From a virus, in the IMG/VR virus record IMGVR_UViG_3300032224_000970, positions 32,001-96,000 of that record: a DNA stretch of 64,000 bases. One strand, written 5' to 3'. The notes below the pieces were generated by a model. That model saw only the letters and a list, made by a program, of their open reading frames with translations, was not told the origin of the DNA and did not search any database. This document shows positions 50,054-58,005 of this stretch, in pieces. A program made the translations under genes and the position numbers. Each line of letters opens with the position of its first letter. Within the stretch, counting starts at the first letter, position 1.

Positions 50054-50392
50054 ATGGTAACTAAACAAGAAATAGAGAAGTCCCAAACAGCTACGACTGG
50101 TGGGCGAAAATTTGATGGTAACAAACTTGAATATGGTTTGTTACCTCCACTTGCATTGAAAGCAACAGTAGAGATTCTGACTTTCGGTGCACAAAAATAT
50201 GAACGGGACAACTGGATACGTGTTCCCGATTCAAAGCGTAGATACTTTGACGCAATGCAAAGACATCTATGGGCATGGAAAGAGGGAGAACAAAACGATC
50301 CCGAGACTGGTAAGAATCACTTGGCGCATGCAATGTGCTGCCTAATGTTCTTGTATGAGCATGATGTAAAGTATTCAAAGGATGAAAAATGA
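50054..50392 (+). CDS. dATP/dGTP diphosphohydrolase-like protein (DUF5664 family)
   Basis: GRKFDGNK..Y.LLP; LTFGA.KY..DNW; AM.RHL.AW..GE..DPETG..HLAHA.CCL.FL. Confidence 0.8.
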   Translation: MVTKQEIEKSQTATTGGRKFDGNKLEYGLLPPLALKATVEILTFGAQKYERDNWIRVPDSKRRYFDAMQRHLWAWKEGEQNDPETGKNHLAHAMCCLMFLYEHDVKYSKDEK

Positions 50393-50790
50393 TTGAGTGC
50401 ATCATAGCAGGTGATAGTATCGCAGTCGGCATTGCTAATGTTCGTAAAGAATGTGTTGCGTATGCAAAGGGTGGTATCAACTCAAAGAACTGGTTGAACA
50501 GCAATATTCAAAACACACCATTGGTCGCTAAGCATGTTATCATCTCTCTTGGATCTAATGACCACAAAGGAATCAAGACAGAAGAAGAACTGCGTACGAT
50601 TCGCAAACTAACAAATGCTGATAGAGTATTTTGGGTTATGCCTAGCACCAAGTTTCCAATTCAAAGAGAAGCAATCGTGAAGATTGCCAATGAATATCAC
50701 GATACTGTTTTGAGAACAGAAAGAATGCAAGAAGATAATGTCCATCCTTCTTGGGCAGGATATAAAGAAATTGCCAAAGCAACTGAATAA
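50389..50790 (+). CDS. Minimal SGNH/GDSL hydrolase
   Basis: GDSIA, G, SLGSND and DNVHP blocks. Confidence 0.8.
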   Translation: MIECIIAGDSIAVGIANVRKECVAYAKGGINSKNWLNSNIQNTPLVAKHVIISLGSNDHKGIKTEEELRTIRKLTNADRVFWVMPSTKFPIQREAIVKIANEYHDTVLRTERMQEDNVHPSWAGYKEIAKATE

Positions 50791-50792
50791 AT

Positions 50793-50821
50793 TTTACTTA
50801 TACTCAAATCTGGAGTATAAT
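50793..50821 (+). promoter_or_regulatory. sigma70 promoter for gp45
   Basis: TTTACT-17 nt-TATAAT. Confidence 0.8.
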
Positions 50822-50862
50822 AATTTATACATAGTAATGTGTTTAATTGAATGGAGAATCAA

Positions 50863-51525
50863 ATGAAATTAAGTAAAGATACGGTATCACTTTTTAAGAA
50901 CTTTGCTGGAATCAATAGCAACTTGTTGTTGAAGCATGGTAATAAACTTGCCACCATCTCATCTCAAAAGAATGTTATGTCCGATACAGTCGTGACTGAA
51001 ACATTCCCCATCGACTTCGGTATCTATGATCTGAATGAGTTTCTTGGAGCAATGTCCTTGTTCGAAGATCCTGAGTTGGATTTTGGTGAGAAGTTTGTTA
51101 CCATCAAAGAAGGTAACTCTAGCATTAAGTATTTCGCTGCAGACCCAAGCGTACTTACTGCACCACAGAAAGCAATCACATTCCCCAATGCAGATATCGA
51201 CTTCACGATGACATCTACAATGTTGAATATGATTCAGAAGACCGCATCTGTTCTTCGTGCAACTGATCTTATCATTGTTGGTGATGGTAGCAAGATGGTT
51301 ATCCAAGTTGGCGACAAGAAGAATGCCACTGGTAATACTTACAATGCTCAGGTAGGTAACACAGATAAGACTTTCAAAGTATTTGTGAAAGTAGAAAACC
51401 TAAAGATGCTTCCTGGCGATTATCTTGTCAGCATCTCAAGTAAGAAGATCTCTCGCTTCAAAGCAACATCTAGCGACTTGGTTTACTACGTCGCAGTTGA
51501 AGCAGATTCAACATTTGAGTTTTGA
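50863..51525 (+). CDS. gp45: Sliding clamp gp45
   Basis: MKLSKDT..LFKNFAGIN; FGIYDLNEFL; ENLKMLPGDY.V; YYVAVE. Confidence 0.95.
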   Translation: MKLSKDTVSLFKNFAGINSNLLLKHGNKLATISSQKNVMSDTVVTETFPIDFGIYDLNEFLGAMSLFEDPELDFGEKFVTIKEGNSSIKYFAADPSVLTAPQKAITFPNADIDFTMTSTMLNMIQKTASVLRATDLIIVGDGSKMVIQVGDKKNATGNTYNAQVGNTDKTFKVFVKVENLKMLPGDYLVSISSKKISRFKATSSDLVYYVAVEADSTFEF

Positions 51526-51530
51526 TTATG

Positions 51531-51557
51531 ACAGGGGTGACTCCCCTGTTCCCTTTA
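51531..51557 (+). terminator. Hairpin / weak terminator
   Basis: ACAGGGG-tgact-CCCCTGT followed by TCCCTTTA. Confidence 0.5.
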
Positions 51558-51575
51558 TTATGCTTGGAGTGATAT

Positions 51576-52526
51576 ATGATTGATAGTCGTAATGAGATGT
51601 TCCTGTGGGTTGAGAAGTATCGCCCACAGAAGATTGATGATTGTGTCCTACCTGAATCCCTGAAGAAAACTTTCCATGAGTATATTGCTCAAGGAGAGTT
51701 ACCTACATTCTTGTTTTGTGGAACCGCAGGTGTAGGTAAGACTACTGTTGCCAAGGCACTGTGTAACGAGATCGGTGCTGAGTATATGTTCATCAATGGT
51801 TCAGAAGAATCAGGTATCGATGTTCTGCGAACCAAAATCAAATCCTTTGCTTCTTCAGTTTCCCTAACTGATGCAAAGAAAGTTGTCATCCTTGACGAAG
51901 CGGACTATCTCAATCCCAATTCAACTCAACCAGCGTTGCGAGCATTCATCGAAGAGTTCTCTGCCAACTGTCGTTTCATCTTTACATGTAACTTTAAGAA
52001 TCGTATCATTGAACCATTGCACTCACGATGTGCAGTTATTGACTTCAAGATCGAGAACAAAGACAAGCAGGAAACTGCAGCTGCATTCTACAAACGTGCA
52101 GCACAGATTCTGAAGCAAGAAAATGTTGAGTTTGATCCAAAGGTTGTCGTTGAAGTTGTTATGAAACACTTCCCTGACTATCGTCGCATTCTAAATGAAC
52201 TTCAGCGTTACTCTGTGTCAGGTAAGATTGACTCAGGTATCCTTGTCAATGTAAGTCAAGAATCATTTAAAGACTTGGTTAAATTGATGAGCCAGAAAGA
52301 GTTTAACGAAGTGCGTAAGTGGGTCGGTAAGAACTCTGACATGGATTCAGTTGCTCTGTTCAGAGAACTATATGATTCCGCAAATACTTTACTTGAACCA
52401 GCAAGCATACCACAGATGGTAATTACACTTGCAGAGTATCAGTACAAGGCTGCATTCGTAGCAGACCATGAACTAAATACTATGGCAGCATTAACCGAAA
52501 TAATGGCTAACTGCAAATTCAAGTAA
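51576..52526 (+). CDS. gp44: Clamp loader large subunit gp44
   Basis: LWVEKYRP; GTAGVGKTT; ILDEAD; PLHSRC. Confidence 0.95.
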   Translation: MIDSRNEMFLWVEKYRPQKIDDCVLPESLKKTFHEYIAQGELPTFLFCGTAGVGKTTVAKALCNEIGAEYMFINGSEESGIDVLRTKIKSFASSVSLTDAKKVVILDEADYLNPNSTQPALRAFIEEFSANCRFIFTCNFKNRIIEPLHSRCAVIDFKIENKDKQETAAAFYKRAAQILKQENVEFDPKVVVEVVMKHFPDYRRILNELQRYSVSGKIDSGILVNVSQESFKDLVKLMSQKEFNEVRKWVGKNSDMDSVALFRELYDSANTLLEPASIPQMVITLAEYQYKAAFVADHELNTMAALTEIMANCKFK

Positions 52527-52535
52527 GGAATTAAA

Positions 52536-52850
52536 ATGGAACTAATCATTTTAGTTGTTGCCGTAATTATTGCATATAAAATTGGTTGGATAGCACGAGA
52601 GTATCATGCGAGAGCTACTATCGATAATTTTGTGCAATATATGGAAGCAAAACAAGAAGAAGCCACTGAAGGTTTGATTCCTATCATAATCGAAAAGGTT
52701 GATGGTGTGTTCTACGTATACAGTGGACAAGATAATACATTTATGGCACAGGGTAAAAATCGTAGGGATCTTGAAGATGCACTAGATAAAAGATACCCAG
52801 GAAAGAAGTTTGCAGCATTACCCTCCAATTTAAAAGAGGTTGGATTATGA
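52536..52850 (+). CDS. Hypothetical protein with N-terminal membrane anchor
   Basis: MELIILVVAVIIAYKIGW. Confidence 0.6.
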   Translation: MELIILVVAVIIAYKIGWIAREYHARATIDNFVQYMEAKQEEATEGLIPIIIEKVDGVFYVYSGQDNTFMAQGKNRRDLEDALDKRYPGKKFAALPSNLKEVGL

Positions 52851-53029
52851 TGATAAGCGAATATACAGAAGGTATGCGTAATGCTAAAGTTTTGAGGATG
52901 GAAAGAGGACACTATATTGTTATGGTTTGGGATGCCGATCGTGAGATTGATGAGCACAAAACATTCGATAACTTAGACTCTGCCGAGGATTTTGCTGAGA
53001 ATTGGGTGCTCAAACATGTCCCCCTTTGA
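52847..53029 (+). CDS. Small hypothetical protein
   Basis: ATGA overlap; AEDFAENWV motif. Confidence 0.6.
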   Translation: MMISEYTEGMRNAKVLRMERGHYIVMVWDADREIDEHKTFDNLDSAEDFAENWVLKHVPL

Positions 53030-53396
53030 TTTTATTAATGCAATAAACACCACCAAACAGAATCTCTTCGAGGATCCACAGGCAGATAAGGATTATTCTG
53101 CCTTCATGGTCAATCGTGGTCTGTCGTATTTTCCCGATACGGTTCTATATGCCAATGAGATGAATAGATATCCTTCTTTACCGAAGGAATGGCAATTTTC
53201 GTTTTTCCTAAATACTATATCTAAGAAGAAAAGATTTAGTAAGTGGGCTAAGAAAGACAACGAAACTAAGTCTATTCAACTTGTCAAGGAATACTATGGG
53301 TATTCTACGGAGAAGGCGAAAGAAGCACTATCGGTTCTTTCGCCAGAGCATTTGAACATGATAGAAGAAAAATTATATAAAGGTGGAAAATCATGA
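53016..53396 (+). CDS. gp62: Clamp loader small subunit gp62
   Basis: PFDFINAIN..K; FMVNRGLSYF.DT...ANEMN; KKKRFSKW.K; VKEYYGYS. Confidence 0.92.
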   Translation: MSPFDFINAINTTKQNLFEDPQADKDYSAFMVNRGLSYFPDTVLYANEMNRYPSLPKEWQFSFFLNTISKKKRFSKWAKKDNETKSIQLVKEYYGYSTEKAKEALSVLSPEHLNMIEEKLYKGGKS

Positions 53397-53812
53397 CTGT
53401 TGAAATGATTTATTACGACTGGACGCCAGAGTCCATGCTTGAAGTGACCTTGCCAGAACCAGACAATTTTTTGAAGGTTCGTGAGACACTTACCCGCATC
53501 GGCATCGCATCCAGAAAAGAACAGAAGTTATACCAATCCTGCCATATCCTACATAAGCAGGGAAGGTACTTCATCGTTCACTTTAAGGAACTGTTTGCAC
53601 TAGATGGTAAAGAGTCGAACATCACTTCAGGTGACATTGAACGTAGGAATGCCATCGCTGGCTTATTGCAAGACTGGGATCTATTGAAGATTCTTGTTCC
53701 TGCTAAGGCAGATCCAAAAGCATCTCTATCTCAGATTAAGGTTGTATCCTATAAAGAGAAAGAGGAATGGGAACTTGTTCCTAAATATAACATTGGTAAA
53801 AAGTCTAAATAA
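53393..53812 (+). CDS. regA: Translational repressor RegA
   Basis: PDNFLKVRETLTRIGIAS; LYQSCHILHKQGRYFIVHFKELF.LDG. Confidence 0.96.
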   Translation: MTVEMIYYDWTPESMLEVTLPEPDNFLKVRETLTRIGIASRKEQKLYQSCHILHKQGRYFIVHFKELFALDGKESNITSGDIERRNAIAGLLQDWDLLKILVPAKADPKASLSQIKVVSYKEKEEWELVPKYNIGKKSK

Positions 53813-53824
53813 TAGGAAACTGAA

Positions 53825-54013
53825 ATGATTAAACTTGAATTGAGTGTAGATGACGTAAATATGATTCTTCGTACTTTAGGGAAACATCCCTTTGAAGAGG
53901 TTGTTAGACTTATCGAAAATATTAAATCACAGGGAGATCCTCAGGTTGAGGTTCTTGTGAAAAAGATGCAAGAAGAACAGGCAGCTGCACAAGCTGAGTT
54001 GCCACAAGTATAA
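53825..54013 (+). CDS. Small hypothetical protein
   Basis: 62 aa, AGGA SD; L...PFEEV..LI..IK.Q motif. Confidence 0.6.
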   Translation: MIKLELSVDDVNMILRTLGKHPFEEVVRLIENIKSQGDPQVEVLVKKMQEEQAAAQAELPQV

Positions 54014-54016
54014 ATA
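54009..54016 (+). promoter_or_regulatory. Late promoter, perfect T4 consensus TATAAATA
   Basis: Exact match upstream of a structured non-coding stretch. Confidence 0.75.
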
Positions 54017-54021
54017 GAATT

Positions 54022-54160
54022 GTCCCATCGGGATGGGAACGTATTGGCTTCACCTTAGGACCGCTAAGAAACGAAGCGTAATAAAGCGGATGCGACGTAC
54101 GGCATCGCTGGATCTCGTAACCAGCAAACCCTCTGTGCTCAATTTTGAGGCAGAGTTTAT
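54022..54160 (+). ncRNA. Candidate structured RNA (5' leader or sRNA)
   Basis: Five adjacent stems in an ORF-free, GC-enriched gap; see findings. Confidence 0.55.
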
Positions 54161-54190
54161 TTAATCAATCTCGCTTAATAGGAGAACTAT

Positions 54191-54415
54191 ATGTTACAAG
54201 CTATCAACACATCAATCGACACCATTTCTGGTGCAAAGACTCAATTCGTTAAGACATTCGTTCAAAACGAAGAAGTCAAAAAACAACTCCAAACTTACAT
54301 CGATGCTCAGCAGTCATTCGCTAAGACTGTTGCTAAGTCCACTGTAGATTTCTTTACTACAGTTGGTACATCAGCAACTTCGTTTGACACTAAAAAAGCA
54401 TTCGTATCTAAGTAA
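54191..54415 (+). CDS. Small amphipathic helical protein (possibly phasin-like)
   Basis: 74 aa, strong AGGAG SD. The family call is tentative. Confidence 0.55.
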   Translation: MLQAINTSIDTISGAKTQFVKTFVQNEEVKKQLQTYIDAQQSFAKTVAKSTVDFFTTVGTSATSFDTKKAFVSK

Positions 54416-54426
54416 GGAGAACAATC

Positions 54427-54936
54427 ATGGTCAGTAAATTTCTACCTGATGCTATGCTGCACCCACAATTCAAGGACTTCGAAAAGTTCTTTGTAGGGTT
54501 TGATGATCAATTCACACGTATGGCAAAGTTCCATGAGGATGTTACTAAGAACATTCCTAACTACCCACCATACAATATCAAGAAAAATGATGACAACCAT
54601 TACACCATTGAGATCGCTGTAGCTGGCTTTGGTCAGCAAGACATCGATATTGAAATGGCTGATGGTAAGTTAATCGTTCGTGGTAATGTGAAAACTGAAG
54701 AAGACCAAGACAACTTCTTGTTCAAAGGAATCGCAAATCGTGCCTTCACTCGTTCATTTGTTTTGAATGACGAAGTAGTAGTGAACGATGCTGAGATGCT
54801 CAACGGTATGTTGAAGATCTTCTTGGAACGTCTGATTCCAGAACACAAGCAACCAAAGAAAATCGCTATTAAATCCAAAGGTGAAAAACAACTATTAACC
54901 GAAGGAGAAAAAGATGCGATTGCTGAAACTTTGTAA
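54427..54936 (+). CDS. hsp20: Small heat-shock protein Hsp20 (IbpA-like)
   Basis: NYPPYNI; IEIAVAGF; KGIANRAFTRSF.L; NGMLKI.LER.IPE..QPKKI.I. Confidence 0.93.
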   Translation: MVSKFLPDAMLHPQFKDFEKFFVGFDDQFTRMAKFHEDVTKNIPNYPPYNIKKNDDNHYTIEIAVAGFGQQDIDIEMADGKLIVRGNVKTEEDQDNFLFKGIANRAFTRSFVLNDEVVVNDAEMLNGMLKIFLERLIPEHKQPKKIAIKSKGEKQLLTEGEKDAIAETL

Positions 54937-55006
54937 GGAACTGTTCATCGGTCTAGGTAATGGTATCCATGCATTTAAGACTTACAAAAAAGGTAAAGTG
55001 AAGTAG
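54914..55006 (+). CDS. Possible 30-aa basic peptide overlapping the hsp20 3' end
   Basis: AAGGAG SD at about 54902; MRLLKLCKELFIGLGNGIHAFKTYKKGKVK; stops just before a hairpin. Confidence 0.4.
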   Translation: MRLLKLCKELFIGLGNGIHAFKTYKKGKVK

Positions 55007-55017
55007 TCATACAAAAC

Positions 55018-55045
55018 TTAGGGGGACTTCGTGTTCCCCTAAATA
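55018..55045 (+). terminator. Hairpin overlapping a CTAAATA late-promoter core
   Basis: TTAGGGGGAC-ttcgt-GTTCCCCTAA; CTAAATA at 55039-55045. Confidence 0.6.
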
Positions 55046-55051
55046 CTTTGT

Positions 55052-55264
55052 ATGAAAGCAAAACTATCACCCAATCTTGTATCCTTCATCACGATACGTC
55101 GTGGGAACTGGATCATGAAGATCTCTGTATACAAACACAGAGAGGTTATGGTTATTGCTCAACATTATTTTGATAACGATCGTTTCGAGATTCGACACTT
55201 TGGTGATCAAGAAGCAGCAGCAGACTTTATAGAATTTTTAGTGACTAATGAGGACAGTTTATGA
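55052..55264 (+). CDS. Hypothetical protein
   Basis: 70-aa ORF coupled to the next gene. Confidence 0.6.
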   Translation: MKAKLSPNLVSFITIRRGNWIMKISVYKHREVMVIAQHYFDNDRFEIRHFGDQEAAADFIEFLVTNEDSL

Positions 55265-55563
55265 TTAAAGTATTCAAGATGATCAATGGTGAAGAATTGA
55301 TAAGTGAGTCTGAACCAGCAGGTGTTGGTTACACACTTGAGAATCCTGCATCAATTGTTATGCAGCAAACAGAAAAAGGTATGGGTGTAGCAATTGCACC
55401 TTATATGCCATACGCACAAGGCAGAGTTACCTTATACGCTACAGCAATCGCAGCTGAAGCTGAACCCGATGACAAAATGAAGAACGAATACAACCGAATC
55501 TTTGGTTCGGGCATTCAGGTCGTTCCAGCGTCCGCTCTACCCCGATCCCCCATCATCACGTAA
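55261..55563 (+). CDS. Conserved T4-like Sm-like protein
   Basis: IKVFKMINGEELI; APYMPY; Y.RIFGSGI.V. Confidence 0.7.
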   Translation: MIKVFKMINGEELISESEPAGVGYTLENPASIVMQQTEKGMGVAIAPYMPYAQGRVTLYATAIAAEAEPDDKMKNEYNRIFGSGIQVVPASALPRSPIIT

Positions 55564-55696
55564 GTCATTGATTCCAGAGGAGTTTTTCCTCTCGTAAGTC
55601 GTTGATTTTAAAGGACTTTTCACACCCAAAATAACCCTACACTCTGCCTGGGATTGCAACAAAGTGCTTTACTTTAATTCAGGTTTCCTGTATAAT
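55559..55696 (+). promoter_or_regulatory. Cassette copy 3: two inverted IHF-consensus sites + hairpin + sigma70 promoter
   Basis: TAAGTCATTGATT 55561-55573 and TAAGTCGTTGATT 55595-55607 (reverse WATCAA-N4-TTA); TTTACT-17-TATAAT 55668-55696. Confidence 0.75.
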
Positions 55697-55726
55697 TATA
55701 TTATGATGATGAGAAAGGGTTCTGAA

Positions 55727-56104
55727 ATGGAAGACTTCAAAAGCTGGGACGAGATGTCTGATCTGGAACAAGCCCAATGCCAGTACTGGGATATGTATAA
55801 GGATGCCTACGGTGTCCGTCCTCGTGGTATCGACACCAGTGCTTGGACGCTGGAGCAGTTCGATGCTGAATTCAAAGTACTCGGTCGTGCGATCGAGGAA
55901 TCAGAAAATCAGCGCAAGGCTGATGAAGCAGAAGCGATCGTTCGCTTCGAAGATCGTGTCCTTAACCTGATGCACACTGGCACGAATCGTGAACGTGTCA
56001 TCGCATGGTTGATGGATGCTGAAGGTGCTAATGGCGACTTCGAGTACTTCTGCTTTACGCAGGGTCTTCCTTATGGTTATTTCAACGTGAAAGAGGTGGT
56101 ATGA
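55727..56104 (+). CDS. Conserved early hypothetical protein
   Basis: YWDMYKDAYGVRPRG motif; start inferred from the promoter and SD. Confidence 0.65.
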   Translation: MEDFKSWDEMSDLEQAQCQYWDMYKDAYGVRPRGIDTSAWTLEQFDAEFKVLGRAIEESENQRKADEAEAIVRFEDRVLNLMHTGTNRERVIAWLMDAEGANGDFEYFCFTQGLPYGYFNVKEVV

Positions 56105-56307
56105 TGAATGTTATCTACAAAAGCAAATCGCAAATCCGCAAAGAAACCGAAGCAGCTGTCAAGAAATTCTTGAAGACTGGTGGCTCGATTGAAGTTGTGA
56201 AAGCACGCAAAGCACCAAAACAAAAGATGCGTGTCAAGAGTTCTCGTGGTTTTGTTTCTGGCACTTCTGGTTTTGCAACAGGGTTTCCTAGCCAAACATT
56301 GGCTTGA
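56101..56307 (+). CDS. Small basic hypothetical protein
   Basis: AVKKFLKTGGSIEVV motif; ATGA overlap. Confidence 0.65.
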   Translation: MMNVIYKSKSQIRKETEAAVKKFLKTGGSIEVVKARKAPKQKMRVKSSRGFVSGTSGFATGFPSQTLA

Positions 56308-56332
56308 CTTGCAATAAATTCTGGAGTATAAT
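56304..56332 (+). promoter_or_regulatory. sigma70 promoter
   Basis: TTGACT-17 nt-TATAAT. Confidence 0.85.
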
Positions 56333-56338
56333 TATATT

Positions 56339-56692
56339 ATGATGCTTGTGAAAGAAATTACAAAGTGGGAAGGTGTGAGTCGCCAGCCGAATCATACCTA
56401 CCTTATCTCCGAGGACTACTCAAAAATCTTTGGTTACTTTAAGTGGGACACCAAAGATTTTCAGATGTTCAAGAAGGCGATAAGGTTTGATTCTCGCTAC
56501 CGTAAATTTAAAGTAATAAAGACAGACCTGTACTTCAAAGGCGAGAAGCCCACAAACAAACAGTGGAAGATTGCAGGTAGCAAAGGTAATGTCTACGTGG
56601 TTGAAGAAAGTGCAAATGGACTTACCTGCAGTTGTGTTGGATTCAAATTCCATGGCAAGTGCAAACATATTGATGAGGTAACTACACGATGA
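56339..56692 (+). CDS. SWIM zinc-finger protein
   Basis: GSKGNVYVV...CSCVGFKFHGKCKHI (CxC...CxH). Confidence 0.8.
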   Translation: MMLVKEITKWEGVSRQPNHTYLISEDYSKIFGYFKWDTKDFQMFKKAIRFDSRYRKFKVIKTDLYFKGEKPTNKQWKIAGSKGNVYVVEESANGLTCSCVGFKFHGKCKHIDEVTTR

Positions 56693-58005
56693 ATATCAAT
56701 TCCTTTCTCGAGAGTCTTGCGGACAACAGTTCTCGCAACTTCAAAATCGATCAATTGAACGCAAACTGCGATAACGAAGTGTTGCGTGAAGTTGTTCGCT
56801 TGGCTCTCGACCCTTTCACGCAGTTCTACCAGCGCAAGATTCCCGACTACGAATATGTTGGTGAAGACTCTGAGCATCAAACAACGCTAGAGATGGCTAT
56901 CGAAAATCTCTACTACCTATCCAGTCGTGAAGTCACTGGTAATGCAGCGATTGCTCATCTGCGTGCAATCCTTTCTGGACTTTCATCTGATGATGCCAAG
57001 GTTATCGAACGTATCATTCAAAAGGATCTCAAATGCGGAGTACAAGTGTCAACTGCCAATGCCGTTTGGTCTGGTCTAATAAAAGAGTACCCAGTGATGT
57101 TGTGCAGTGGTTACGAACAGAAACTCGTAGACAAAGTAAAGTATCCTGCATATGCTCAGTTAAAAATGGACGGGATGCGTTTCAACGCTATCGTCAGAGA
57201 TGGTAAGGTTGAATTCCGTAGCCGAAATGGTAAGGAACTAAACCTACTCGGTAATCTTGAGAAAGAGTTTGCTGCACTGGCTGGTGATGTAGACTGTGTG
57301 TTTGATGGCGAACTGCTAATTATGGATCCAGATGACTATCAATTTATGGATCGTCAGACTGGTAATGGCATTCTTTCTAAAGCCAATAAGGGAACTATCA
57401 GTGCTAAAGAAGCAGCAATGGTTCATGCTACTGTATGGGATGTGATTCCTTATGCTTACTTTATTGATGGTTATTGTCCGACACCATACTCAACTCGTTT
57501 CTCGTCTTTAGAAGTTTTGGTTAATAGACAAGTTATAAAAGAAAAGAAAATCTGGTTGGTTACAAGTAACATCGTCCAGAATCTGGATGAAGCAAAGGTT
57601 CTATTTGAGGGATATCTTGCAGATGGTCTTGAGGGTCTCATCCTTAAAGATGGTAGTGGTGTTTGGGAAGACAAACGTGCAAAGCACCAGATCAAATTCA
57701 AAGGTGAGTTGGAATGTGATCTGAAGATTGTTGATGTTGAAGATGGTACTGGTAAGTACGAAGGTATGCTTGGTGCTATCGTCTGCGAATCGTCTGATGG
57801 TATTGTCAAAGTTAATGTAGGGAGTGGCTTCAATGATGCGCATCGTAAATCGCTTACGAAGAAAGATCTTCTGGGCAAGATTGTGGCTGTCAAGTACAAT
57901 GCTCGTATTAAGAATAAACTGGGAGATGAAAGTCTATTCCTTCCTATCTTCATTGAGGTACGTGAAGATAAAGATGTCGCAGATAGCAGCAAGGAAATAA
58001 AATGA
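56689..58005 (+). CDS. gp30: ATP-dependent DNA ligase gp30
   Basis: KMDGMR adenylation motif; FDGEL; EGLILK; WEDKR; VGSGF; LFLPIF..R.DK. Confidence 0.95.
   Translation: MNINSFLESLADNSSRNFKIDQLNANCDNEVLREVVRLALDPFTQFYQRKIPDYEYVGEDSEHQTTLEMAIENLYYLSSREVTGNAAIAHLRAILSGLSSDDAKVIERIIQKDLKCGVQVSTANAVWSGLIKEYPVMLCSGYEQKLVDKVKYPAYAQLKMDGMRFNAIVRDGKVEFRSRNGKELNLLGNLEKEFAALAGDVDCVFDGELLIMDPDDYQFMDRQTGNGILSKANKGTISAKEAAMVHATVWDVIPYAYFIDGYCPTPYSTRFSSLEVLVNRQVIKEKKIWLVTSNIVQNLDEAKVLFEGYLADGLEGLILKDGSGVWEDKRAKHQIKFKGELECDLKIVDVEDGTGKYEGMLGAIVCESSDGIVKVNVGSGFNDAHRKSLTKKDLLGKIVAVKYNARIKNKLGDESLFLPIFIEVREDKDVADSSKEIK

Noticed and set aside
54022-54160. tRNA or known ribozyme in the structured gap
   Set aside because: No TTCGA T-loop or acceptor stem, and no hammerhead CUGANGA core recognisable.
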